From: a virus
Reading direction: 5' to 3' (one strand)
Length of the DNA: 33,342 bases
Virus record (IMG/VR): IMGVR_UViG_3300045988_089330
Below the pieces are notes generated by a model, which saw only the letters and a program-made list of their open reading frames with translations, searched no databases and was not told the DNA's origin. The translations under genes were made by a program, and so were the position numbers. The number at the start of each line of letters is the position of its first letter. The first letter of the stretch is position 1. Below, piece by piece: positions 9,569-16,959 of this stretch.

Positions 9569-9926
9569 CCCGAAGCGCCGCTAATTTTGATACTTCTTTT
9601 TTCTCTTTCGGCGGTAAATATTCGATCAACTGATTTATAATTTGCGTATATTGCCGCGCATATTTTTCATAAATTGCCGTTGAAGGGTGGGCTTTTATGA
9701 ACCGCTGCGAAGCGTTTTTCGTTTCCGCGGTCAGACCTTCCGATTTCAGTTCTTCTTTCGCCTGCGTCAGCGCCACTTTCAAAAATGCTGCTTCTTCGAT
9801 CACTGAATTTACAAGGGTTTTCCGGTCTTCGTCCTCTATCCCTTTGAATAATTTTTTTAATTTTGTAATCTCTTTCTTTACGTTCTTATCGTTCAAAACT
9901 TCCGGTCTATCTTTTTCTTTCTCCAC
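9561..9926 (-). CDS. terS: Terminase small subunit (P27-like)
   Basis: 121-aa helical protein immediately upstream of, and overlapping, terL, and downstream of HNH. GTG start after AGGGGG. Confidence 0.7.
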   Translation of the reverse strand: MEKEKDRPEVLNDKNVKKEITKLKKLFKGIEDEDRKTLVNSVIEEAAFLKVALTQAKEELKSEGLTAETKNASQRFIKAHPSTAIYEKYARQYTQIINQLIEYLPPKEKKEVSKLAALRDE

Positions 9927-10067
9927 GGATTTTAACCCCCTTTCTATGTGCGCGCGACTTGCAGAGTTTTTTTGTACTCACTCCCTCGGTTCTCTTTGGA
10001 AGGCCCAAAATTCCAGACCGGGGGGAGTGGGTACGCGGGAAATAAATATTTTTTTGTGCGAAAAAAA
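9927..10067 (-). other. Non-coding HNH-terS spacer; candidate cos / packaging initiation region
   Basis: 141 nt without an ORF. It contains a G-rich block (ccagaccggggggagtgggtacgcggg) and an A7/T7 hairpin. HNH-dependent HK97-like phages place cos here. Confidence 0.3.
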
Positions 10068-10400
10068 TTATTTATAGCTTTTATTCTCAATAATGTTTCC
10101 GGCTGCGTCGAAGGAATAACGCTTCGGCTTTGCCTTGTGCTGCTTGTTGTGGTGATCCTCGCATAGCAATTCTAAATTGTCGAAGGATAACGCCACGCGT
10201 GGATCGTTTATATTCTCCGGCGTCAGTTCCTTCTTGTGATGAACAATGATCCCCGGCTGTACATCTTCTAGCCTTCTTGCGCCTGCCAGACATTCAGCCA
10301 TACAGCGTTCACACTGGCCGCGCCGTAAAGAATAATAGGCGTCGCGTGTCCGGCGCCATGCCTGCGACAAATAGAAACCGTTTGTCCATTCCTTCGCCAT
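10068..10400 (-). CDS. HNH endonuclease (terminase-associated)
   Basis: CERC....HHKKELTPENINDP....NLELLCEDHHNKQH matches the HNH/CxxC pattern. Located next to the terminase genes. Confidence 0.88.
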   Translation of the reverse strand: MAKEWTNGFYLSQAWRRTRDAYYSLRRGQCERCMAECLAGARRLEDVQPGIIVHHKKELTPENINDPRVALSFDNLELLCEDHHNKQHKAKPKRYSFDAAGNIIENKSYK

Positions 10401-10447
10401 GCTCTAACCTTCTTTCATTCTATCCAATATCACCGCCGGTTTCTGAC

Positions 10448-10840
10448 CTACTTTCCGGCCTGCTGCCTGCTACCCGTTTTCTTCTGCCCCCCCCCGCTGT
10501 CCTCTGCCTGCTTCTCAATGATCCCCATGTGTACGGCAATCAAATAACAAAATTCCATACGGTATTCATAAAATAGGCGGCGGCAACAATATGTGTCCCC
10601 CAACATTTCCCACGGCGTATTATATAATAAACTCTGATAAATCCGGTCTATGATGTGGGCGCGCGCTGTCTGGTCCATACCTTCAAGCGGAAGTTCCCGC
10701 TTTGCGGCCTTGATCGCTTCTTCTGCCCGCCGGTCAAAGTCCGTGTGCTTTCCCTTCCTTTTCCGGCTCTGCCGCTTCTTGTCGCCGTGAACAATCGCTT
10801 TGACAATCTTCTTTGTATCGTCGTCTATGGTATGCGCCAC
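10448..10840 (-). CDS. Putative late-gene transcriptional regulator (sigma region-4 / RinA-ArpU-like HTH)
   Basis: Position upstream of HNH and terminase. YCCRRLFYEYRMEFCYLIAVHMGII resembles the s.rTFYr.r.efi..iA..lGi HTH of phage late activators. Contains a G9 tract near the 3' end. Confidence 0.35.
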   Translation of the reverse strand: MAHTIDDDTKKIVKAIVHGDKKRQSRKRKGKHTDFDRRAEEAIKAAKRELPLEGMDQTARAHIIDRIYQSLLYNTPWEMLGDTYCCRRLFYEYRMEFCYLIAVHMGIIEKQAEDSGGGQKKTGSRQQAGK

Positions 10841-10865
10841 GGCGCCCGCCCCCTTTCTGTGTGTC

Positions 10866-11351
10866 TTAAATGATTTCCGTTCCCTCTAAAAACTTCCAGA
10901 ACGCCGCTTCTTCGTCGCCTTGTCCCGTGGTTCGCACTCCTGCCATAAGATAGCAAGTATTGTTTCCCCAGTACATGAACGGCGCCGTTGCGTCCGCTGC
11001 CACCGGTCCGAATGGTTCATATTCGCCGCCGTCGTAATTGATCGCGCCCGGATCTATCAGGTCCATAAAGATTTCCGAAACTGCGGTGACGTGGTTCCCG
11101 CCGTTTTCTTCTTGTAGAAAACGGATCGTTTTGTCCCCCTGCTGCCCTAATAATTTCGTTATTCGGAACGTAGTCTTGCACCCTTTGAAGGCCGCCGGAA
11201 GGTTGAAGATCTCCCGCTGTTCGATTTCATACTGGTTTCCCATATCCTTGATCGCTTTGAATACTTCCCCTTTATCGGGAAGATCGCCGCATATCTCAAT
11301 GATCGCCGCCTTCGCTTCCTTCGGGATTTTGTCATATACGAACCAGATCAC
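10866..11351 (-). CDS. Hypothetical protein. The annotated GTG start is weak. It probably belongs to one gene with 11348..11488 across a G9 tract.
   Basis: 161-aa ORF. Its frame is open upstream through the G9 run at 11387..11395. Confidence 0.6.
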   Translation of the reverse strand: MIWFVYDKIPKEAKAAIIEICGDLPDKGEVFKAIKDMGNQYEIEQREIFNLPAAFKGCKTTFRITKLLGQQGDKTIRFLQEENGGNHVTAVSEIFMDLIDPGAINYDGGEYEPFGPVAADATAPFMYWGNNTCYLMAGVRTTGQGDEEAAFWKFLEGTEII

Positions 11352-11488
11352 CCACCACCCGGAAGAAATATAAAGGCCTTCCGGCTCCCCCCCCCGTCTT
11401 CGCCTGCGGCGCTGTGTCCTACGGTCAGGCCTGCGCCCTTGTAAGCTGCTTTTAACATCCGCTTCAAAACTGTTGCTTTGAAAAACAT
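11348..11488 (-). CDS. 46-codon ORF with a good RBS and ATG. It would be the 5' part of 10866..11351 if the G9 tract were G10 or were read with a -1 slip.
   Basis: AAGGGAG is followed 7 nt later by the ATG at 11488: MFFKATVLKRMLKAAYKGAGLTVGHSAAGEDGGGSRKAFIFLPGGG*. The TGA overlaps the GTG at 11351. Confidence 0.4.
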   Translation of the reverse strand: MFFKATVLKRMLKAAYKGAGLTVGHSAAGEDGGGSRKAFIFLPGGG

Positions 11489-11491
11489 GGT

Positions 11492-11995
11492 TTATTCTCC
11501 CTTCTTCTGCTGATTTTCTTCGAAAAATTCACAAGCGGCACACGGCGCCCATGACACGGACACGCCTTCACAATATCCGAAGATCTTTACTGCTTCTTCA
11601 CAATTCACCAGATCGAAACCTTTTCCGCGGGCAAGATAATGCCGGATGATTTCGCGGGCCTGCTCCGCGCTATAAGCGACGGCTGTTTTATAACCCTGCT
11701 CCCGAAGCATGGACATAAATTCTTCTTGTTTCTTCGTGGTTTTTCCGTCTTCAAACTTCATTTCGATGTAAAGCCCGTGAAAACCCCCGCGGGCAACCGG
11801 AAGGCAAAGATCCGGGACGCCGGGTTTTAAGCCTGCCGCCTTCATCACTGGCCCGTTGCTCCGCTTCCCTTCGTTTGGCACATGATGAAGCAATTTTAAT
11901 TCCGGTATAAATGTTTCGTTTGCTCTGGCCCAATTAAAAAGTGCTATTTGTTCCATGGTTTCGGAACGCTTCCTGTTTGCAAGGTTCATCTTCAA
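11492..11995 (-). CDS. VRR-NUC domain nuclease with a Cys-rich C-terminal extension
   Basis: HVPNEGKRS......GVPDLCL......GLYIEMK.....T..Q matches the VRR-NUC (PD-(D/E)xK) pattern. The start may be the ATG at 11989. Confidence 0.8.
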   Translation of the reverse strand: MKMNLANRKRSETMEQIALFNWARANETFIPELKLLHHVPNEGKRSNGPVMKAAGLKPGVPDLCLPVARGGFHGLYIEMKFEDGKTTKKQEEFMSMLREQGYKTAVAYSAEQAREIIRHYLARGKGFDLVNCEEAVKIFGYCEGVSVSWAPCAACEFFEENQQKKGE

Positions 11996-11998
11996 TAC

Positions 11999-12280
11999 CT
12001 ACCCTTCTTCTAATTCTCCGTAAAGTTCCATAAAGCGATCAGGATCCAGTTTTTCGATCACATTCTTTACTTCTTCTTCCTTAACCACTTTCAGATCTTC
12101 CCGGCGCTCATAGTAAAATAAAAACGTTCCCTTCTGCGTTTTCAAATATTGTGCGGGTACATATTCAACGTGTACAAGGCCCTTCCGCCACATAATCGGA
12201 TCCGTATATTTCCGGCGAAAAGAAAAAATCACTTCCGCTTTTTCCGTGTCGTATATTTTCCCGTCTATGATTTTCTTCAT
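11999..12280 (-). CDS. Hypothetical protein
   Basis: ORF 11999..12298. The ATG at 12280 (MKKIIDG) is preferred because it follows GAAAGGAAGTGAG and lies after the Rep stop. Confidence 0.6.
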   Translation of the reverse strand: MKKIIDGKIYDTEKAEVIFSFRRKYTDPIMWRKGLVHVEYVPAQYLKTQKGTFLFYYERREDLKVVKEEEVKNVIEKLDPDRFMELYGELEEG

Positions 12281-12294
12281 GTTCTCACTTCCTT

Positions 12295-13155
12295 TCAATC
12301 GCGCACCATACGCGCATATATATAAAAGCCGTCATTTATGTTATTGATCCTCACTTCCGCGTCAATGAATTTATGATCCGGGTATTTCGCTTTTAGCTGC
12401 CTTTCCAAAAAATCGCGATCCACGGCCATTTTCTCAACGGTCCGTTTTCCGAATTTTGAATAACTCCGGCTGACTTCCGGTTTTTTCAATCCCTTTGACG
12501 CGCTCCAACGCTTCTTCCCCTTCGGATCCTTTGTTATGTATGTGACAAGCCCCGTCAAATGCGTGTCGCTGTCTGGATCAAGCCGCTTTGTCTGCGGGCG
12601 GGTTCCATGTTTCCACATTTTTTCTATTTCGTCCCGGTCACAATCCCCGGAAAAAATAATGTGGTGGTGACAACGGATCTTCCGCTTCGGATCGTCGCTG
12701 TATTCCGTGACATAGATATATTTCAGATTTTCTTTTCCCTCTTTCTTGCGCTTCCGATTTATCCTGCGAATAAAATTCGTGAAGATCCTTTGTGCGTCCT
12801 CTATGTCTGCCGGTAAATGCTCATCATCATAACCGAATGTCCCCCATAAATCCCCGGATCCAAAATTCGCGGCCGTTAATTGATTTAGGTATCTGCGCGC
12901 CCGCCGATCGTTCAAGTTCTTTTGTGAAGGTTTGCTTTCCCGCTTTCGTTTGGTTCGCGGCACGTCTGCCTTCTTCCCAAATGAAGGGTATATGTCGATC
13001 TCAACCTGATTTCCTGCTTTCGTGGTGGTGGTTCGGTAAAGGCTGTTCACCTTCTTTTCCTTCAATAGCCGTTCCAACTCCCATTCTTCCAGTGTGTCGA
13101 TCTGCTTCTGATACGCTTCTTCGTAATCGTAATTGTCATACGTCTTTTTCTTCAT
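12295..13155 (-). CDS. Putative HUH-superfamily rolling-circle replication initiator (Rep)
   Basis: Motif 1-like LWGTFGYDDEHLP (compare TLTYDDEHLP of Microviridae VP4-type Reps), HUH motif YIYVTEY...IRCHHHIIF, and Tyr motif LVTYITKD. Confidence 0.55.
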   Translation of the reverse strand: MKKKTYDNYDYEEAYQKQIDTLEEWELERLLKEKKVNSLYRTTTTKAGNQVEIDIYPSFGKKADVPRTKRKRESKPSQKNLNDRRARRYLNQLTAANFGSGDLWGTFGYDDEHLPADIEDAQRIFTNFIRRINRKRKKEGKENLKYIYVTEYSDDPKRKIRCHHHIIFSGDCDRDEIEKMWKHGTRPQTKRLDPDSDTHLTGLVTYITKDPKGKKRWSASKGLKKPEVSRSYSKFGKRTVEKMAVDRDFLERQLKAKYPDHKFIDAEVRINNINDGFYIYARMVRD

Positions 13156-13326
13156 GCTGTCCCCTCCTTCCTTCTCCCGGTCCTGATCTACATCCTGAAA
13201 AATAGAAAAATTTAGAGATCGTCGGTTTGTTAATACCCATTACGCGGCCGGAAAATGGTTTTGTTTATATATAGAAGAAAGTCCGCAACGGCCCGATCGC
13301 GCTTTTTGCACAATCGGGCTTCCGGT

Positions 13327-13527
13327 TTAATCTAAAAATTCTCCGTCAGGATTGCGGCGCCGGTTTCCCGGTCCGCCCCAAGTCTTCGGGCAATATTCTG
13401 TATTATGTAAACTACTTCCGCAATAGGAACAATGAAGCCGGTTCCGGTTCGCTTGTCCGTTCCATGTTTTCGGACAAAGTTTCGTCGGATGATCTGTGCT
13501 TCCACAAAAAGAACAATACCGGCTCAT
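13327..13527 (-). CDS. Small protein with two tandem CCHC zinc knuckles (C-X2-C-X4-H-X4-C)
   Basis: MSRYCSFCGSTDHPTKLCPKTWNG....HCSYCGSSLHNTEYCPKTWGG. ATGA start/stop overlap with the upstream gene at 13524..13527. Confidence 0.7.
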   Translation of the reverse strand: MSRYCSFCGSTDHPTKLCPKTWNGQANRNRLHCSYCGSSLHNTEYCPKTWGGPGNRRRNPDGEFLD

Positions 13528-13751
13528 TTCTTCCCCTTCCTTTCTTCGTGCTGAACCGTCAGGCCGGTTTCTCCGTCGCTTACATGGACCGCCTGCGGCA
13601 TTAAAACAATCTGCTTTGACTGCTGCGACGTGATGATCTCGAAACAAGGCGCCGTGGCTGTCCCTTCCGGTGTGAAAGACGCTTCGATCCTGATCTCAAA
13701 ATCTCCGGGAAGATGTTCTGTAATTTTCCGAAACTGTTCTAAAGTATACAT
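13524..13751 (-). CDS. Hypothetical protein
   Basis: ORF 13524..13778. The ATG at 13751 (MYTLEQF) is preferred, following GAAAGGGG and just after the upstream stop. Confidence 0.55.
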   Translation of the reverse strand: MYTLEQFRKITEHLPGDFEIRIEASFTPEGTATAPCFEIITSQQSKQIVLMPQAVHVSDGETGLTVQHEERKGKK

Positions 13752-13752
13752 T

Positions 13753-14202
13753 TTATTTATAGCCCCTTTCCGCTTCATCTTTATAAAGGCGCTCTATTTC
13801 CGGCGGCAAGCTGCCGAAGATCCGTTCACACTCCACAAGTGCGCCATAGAACGCCGTGTTTTCTTCTTCTTTCTGTCTGGCGTCTTCTCTGGCCTTGTCC
13901 CGTTCGTCTCGCGCCTGCGCCAACATTTCTTCCAGTGCGGCGATCTTTGCTTCCGCTTCGTCCATTTCCTCTTTGTGGCTTGCGATTTCGTCCTGCAGGC
14001 ATTTCTGCGCTTCGAGTGCCCGCCCCTCTGCCGTTTCCCGGTCATAATCTGCCGGATCCACGGTTTCGCAAAGAAAACACGCCATTCCTGAACCATTGGT
14101 ATACAGTTTTTCTTCTGCAATCTGAACCACGATCCGGCTTGTTTTCACAATCTGATTTCCGTTCATTACTTCAAAACGGCTCTTTTCGTGAGTTTTCAAC
14201 AT
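13753..14202 (-). CDS. Hypothetical coiled-coil protein
   Basis: 149-aa ORF with a charged heptad-like central region (EEMDEAEAKIAALEEMLAQARDERDKAREDARQKEE). Confidence 0.6.
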   Translation of the reverse strand: MLKTHEKSRFEVMNGNQIVKTSRIVVQIAEEKLYTNGSGMACFLCETVDPADYDRETAEGRALEAQKCLQDEIASHKEEMDEAEAKIAALEEMLAQARDERDKAREDARQKEEENTAFYGALVECERIFGSLPPEIERLYKDEAERGYK

Positions 14203-14229
14203 TGACTTTTCCCGCCTTTCTGCTATAAT
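14202..14229 (+). promoter_or_regulatory. Near-consensus sigma70/sigmaA-type promoter on the plus strand (TTGACT-16 nt-TATAAT)
   Basis: TTGACT at 14202..14207 and TATAAT at 14224..14229. It points into the hairpin at 14253..14296. Confidence 0.4.
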
Positions 14230-14252
14230 AATTCTAGGTTAGATTTCCAATG

Positions 14253-14296
14253 AACCGGATTGAAGAAGGTCCCCGCCTTTTCAATCCGGTTTTTTT
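14253..14296 (+). terminator. Strong intrinsic terminator oriented on the plus strand (12-bp stem plus T-run)
   Basis: aaccggattgaa (14253..14264) pairs with ttcaatccggtt (14280..14291), followed by ttttt. Confidence 0.55.
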
Positions 14297-14301
14297 ACTG
14301 T

Positions 14302-14598
14302 TCAGGATCCCACTTTATAAGGCGGTAATTCTCCGAAATATTCTTCTTCCCCGTCTTCCGCTTCCAGTTCTCCCCGTCGTTCTTCCTGCTTTGCTTCGAT
14401 CATTTCCAATAACGCTTCCCGCTGTGAACGCGTCAGCCTTCCGGCGGCGGCCCTCTCCACCACTACGCCGAAAAGATAACCGGCCGTCATGTCTACTTCC
14501 TGCATGGTTCCTTGTGTGCTGATTTTTCGGATCTGGCCGAATACCCTTCTAAATTCCTTGTAATTCTCCGTTGTGGCTCTCCTTTTAAATATGCTCAT
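14302..14598 (-). CDS. Hypothetical protein
   Basis: ORF 14302..14619. The ATG at 14598 (MSIFKRR) is preferred, following GAAGGAGATCGAACC. Confidence 0.55.
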   Translation of the reverse strand: MSIFKRRATTENYKEFRRVFGQIRKISTQGTMQEVDMTAGYLFGVVVERAAAGRLTRSQREALLEMIEAKQEERRGELEAEDGEEEYFGELPPYKVGS

Positions 14599-15004
14599 GG
14601 TTCGATCTCCTTCTTTCAAATCCTGCTTTGTCTACCGGGTTTTCGTATGGATTGAAATTCACGATCCCGGCGGCCTGCCGGTATGGTATCGGGTTTACTG
14701 CTTTATCATCAATATAAATGTCGGCGTTGATCTTCCGGCAATCGTTATGATAAAGCGCGATCATTTCCGGCAAATTCGCGTTTATGGTGTCGAAGGTCAG
14801 CCCGTACTCTTTGCACCACTCCACCGCCGCTTCCAGTAAATCCCCTTCCCGGTTTGTCCACAAAATCAGGCGGGCGCCTTCTGCCTGCCTTTCTTTCAGG
14901 TGGCAAATCAGGCGTTCGTTTGCTTCTCCGATTTCCGGCCACGCCTGCTTGCACAATGTCCCGTCAAAATCGACGGCTATTATCTGATTTCCCTTTAAAT
15001 CCAT
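14585..15004 (-). CDS. HAD-superfamily phosphatase / nucleotidase-like protein
   Basis: N-terminal DxDxT motif (IAVDFDGTL), then LILWTNR and YIDDK. Confidence 0.65.
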   Translation of the reverse strand: MDLKGNQIIAVDFDGTLCKQAWPEIGEANERLICHLKERQAEGARLILWTNREGDLLEAAVEWCKEYGLTFDTINANLPEMIALYHNDCRKINADIYIDDKAVNPIPYRQAAGIVNFNPYENPVDKAGFERRRSNHEHI

Positions 15005-15015
15005 GCTTCCTTCTC

Positions 15016-15384
15016 CTATGGTCCGTAAATCTCCGGCGCCGCCGGTTCTCCGTGTGGATAGCCTGCTTCCATGTAGCCGTCAAGCGTCATTATGATTTCG
15101 TTTCCGTCCTTCCCGTCATTCTCAATATCAAAGGAACCGTAAAACGAATAAACGCCGCCGTTTGCATATATGACAATGCTTCCGGTATCGCATGGATCCG
15201 GGTTTTCTATTGTCAGCTTCTCCGGTGTGGCGTCTGTTTCCTGCTGCGTCTGGAGGGCGGCGTCCTGCTGCCAACTCTCCACGAATACAAGGATCATAAG
15301 GATCGTTACAAGAACGGCACCAAATACGGCCAGTAATAACGCCGCTTTATATTCTCTTTGCCTGTCCATGTCGCGCCGCGTCAC
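15016..15384 (-). CDS. Membrane-anchored hypothetical protein (one N-terminal TM helix)
   Basis: AALLLAVFGAVLVTILMILVFV hydrophobic segment. Confidence 0.55.
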   Translation of the reverse strand: MTRRDMDRQREYKAALLLAVFGAVLVTILMILVFVESWQQDAALQTQQETDATPEKLTIENPDPCDTGSIVIYANGGVYSFYGSFDIENDGKDGNEIIMTLDGYMEAGYPHGEPAAPEIYGP

Positions 15385-15749
15385 TGTAAAACTCCCCTTT
15401 CTTCATCTGTTAAACACTGATCTATTGACAGAAGTTCAATACTGCTTAAAATCCCCTTGCGGGCCATAGCTGCCGTTTGTATCGCTTCCACGGCTAAATC
15501 AATGCTTGTCTTGTAAATTGCCGTCAATTCTTCGTGAAGGGCTTCCGGTTCGTGGTTCTCTTTTACTCCGGTCCAGAAGTTCCCCAAAACAGCTTCTAAA
15601 TTTTCCATTTCTTCGCGGGTTTCCTCTGCTTCTTCCAGAATAACGGCGAAGGCTTCATGGCTCCCGGCGAAAAGTGGAAATTTTTTATTCGCCGCGTCCA
15701 GTTCCTTGTCGATCAGCCCGTATACATCCCGTTTTATAACGCTGCTCAT
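15381..15749 (-). CDS. Hypothetical acidic helical protein
   Basis: 122-aa ORF with a 4-nt overlap with the downstream gene. A faint resemblance to all-alpha NTP-pyrophosphohydrolases is not supportable by eye. Confidence 0.5.
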   Translation of the reverse strand: MSSVIKRDVYGLIDKELDAANKKFPLFAGSHEAFAVILEEAEETREEMENLEAVLGNFWTGVKENHEPEALHEELTAIYKTSIDLAVEAIQTAAMARKGILSSIELLSIDQCLTDEERGVLQ

Positions 15750-15764
15750 GCTCCGTTCTCCTTC

Positions 15765-16049
15765 CTACACAATGCCGTGTAAATGATGTTCCAGACATAA
15801 AATTTTAAAATCGTCCAGAAGTTCGTCGCGGTACCGGCTCACTTCTGCTACCTGATAACCGGCGTCGTAAAGGCTGTTTTTGATTGCGGACCACTTCGCA
15901 CCGATATAATTTAACAGATAGTCACTAAAATAAACCGTGTTCGGTTCAAATACTGTCAGCCCGGTTTTCGGATCAATCTTCCTTCGTCGTGGCTTCGGTT
16001 TCTGCGGCTCCTGGTGCCGCGTGTTCTCCTGCTGCCTGCTTGTCTTCAT
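15765..16049 (-). CDS. Hypothetical basic protein. It overlaps the 3' end of the methylase gene by 77 nt in another frame.
   Basis: The ATG at 16049 is preceded by AAAGGAAAC. The ORF track's longer version starts at 16073. Confidence 0.5.
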   Translation of the reverse strand: MKTSRQQENTRHQEPQKPKPRRRKIDPKTGLTVFEPNTVYFSDYLLNYIGAKWSAIKNSLYDAGYQVAEVSRYRDELLDDFKILCLEHHLHGIV

Positions 16050-16491
16050 TCTCTGTTTCCTTTCTGAATACAACCACCATAGAAGGGAACGGCGCGGCGT
16101 CTTTGCACCCGCCGAAGTGAAGCCGCCCTTTTACGAAGCGAATTTCCGCTTTATGGTATATGTATTCGTGAAAAAATCTTGTGTCAGTACGCGCGGGAAT
16201 GAGCGCAACAACCACCGTTCCCGGCTTCTGTGCTTCTTCGTAACACTTTTTGATCCATTCGCCCGTTGACGTGCGGCCGTATGGTGGATTGCAAAAGACC
16301 GAACGCCCCCCCCAATCCTTCAAAAGTCCGTTTTGCTCCTTCGTGTAATACTCCGCACACTTCGCGTTCGTATCATCCGCACACGGATCTAAATTGAAGT
16401 GAAATTCCTGATCCAGTGCGTCGAAGAAGTCCTGTGGCGTTTCCCAATCTTCCTTAGCGCTGCTGAACAATGCTTTGTTTAACTGTGCCAT
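15973..16491 (-). CDS. Phage-type DNA N6-adenine methyltransferase
   Basis: WETPQDFF....FNLDPCA....FCNPPYG....ALIPARTDTRFFH matches the phage Dam_N6A family pattern with the NPPY catalytic motif. Contains a G8 tract. Confidence 0.85.
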   Translation of the reverse strand: MAQLNKALFSSAKEDWETPQDFFDALDQEFHFNLDPCADDTNAKCAEYYTKEQNGLLKDWGGRSVFCNPPYGRTSTGEWIKKCYEEAQKPGTVVVALIPARTDTRFFHEYIYHKAEIRFVKGRLHFGGCKDAAPFPSMVVVFRKETENEDKQAAGEHAAPGAAETEATTKED

Positions 16492-16536
16492 TGGTTAGAT
16501 CTCCTTTCATATACTGATTTCAAATTTTAATTTCAT

Positions 16537-16947
16537 TTACGCCGGATAAAGTTCCACTTCCGGCCGTCGCACCCCCGTCCAACGCTTCCCATCAGCTTCT
16601 CCGACACATTTCCACCCTGCCGCTTTTAAACTTGTCCCCTTTTCGGTATCAAGGATATATGTAATTAGCTTTTTATATCCCATATTTCGAGTGGCCCGCC
16701 ACGCTGCCGCATAAAGAAAACTGCAGGCGTTTCGCGTTCCGTCTGTGCATAAGCGATTGACTTCTAACGTCCAACCATCATCAAGATAGCGGCTGACCGG
16801 CCGCCCTACAATAGCAACTCCCACAATTTCTCCGTTTTCTGCTGCTGCAACTGAAAATTTGTGTCCGGTGACCGGTTTATGATGTCTGTGGTATCTTTCC
16901 ACAAAAGCATTTGCTTCTTTTAGGCTTATTGGTACTAATTCCAACAT
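16537..16947 (-). CDS. Small GNAT-fold-like protein of the phage family often labelled XF1762-like / acetyltransferase; possible nucleic-acid-modifying role
   Basis: ANAFVERYHRHHKPV.GHKFSV......VGVAIVGRPVSR.LDDG.TLEVNRLCTDG..NACSFLY is a pattern I recall from many phage genomes. Adjacent to a methylase. Confidence 0.45.
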   Translation of the reverse strand: MLELVPISLKEANAFVERYHRHHKPVTGHKFSVAAAENGEIVGVAIVGRPVSRYLDDGWTLEVNRLCTDGTRNACSFLYAAAWRATRNMGYKKLITYILDTEKGTSLKAAGWKCVGEADGKRWTGVRRPEVELYPA

Positions 16948-16959
16948 TTTTTTACCGTC

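Noticed and set aside
13327-13647. Long (106-aa) version of the zinc-knuckle ORF
   Set aside because: The N-terminal 40 codons overlap ORF 13524..13751 in another frame. The internal ATG at 13527 forms an ATGA stop/start overlap with that gene, which is the typical coupled arrangement used throughout this genome.
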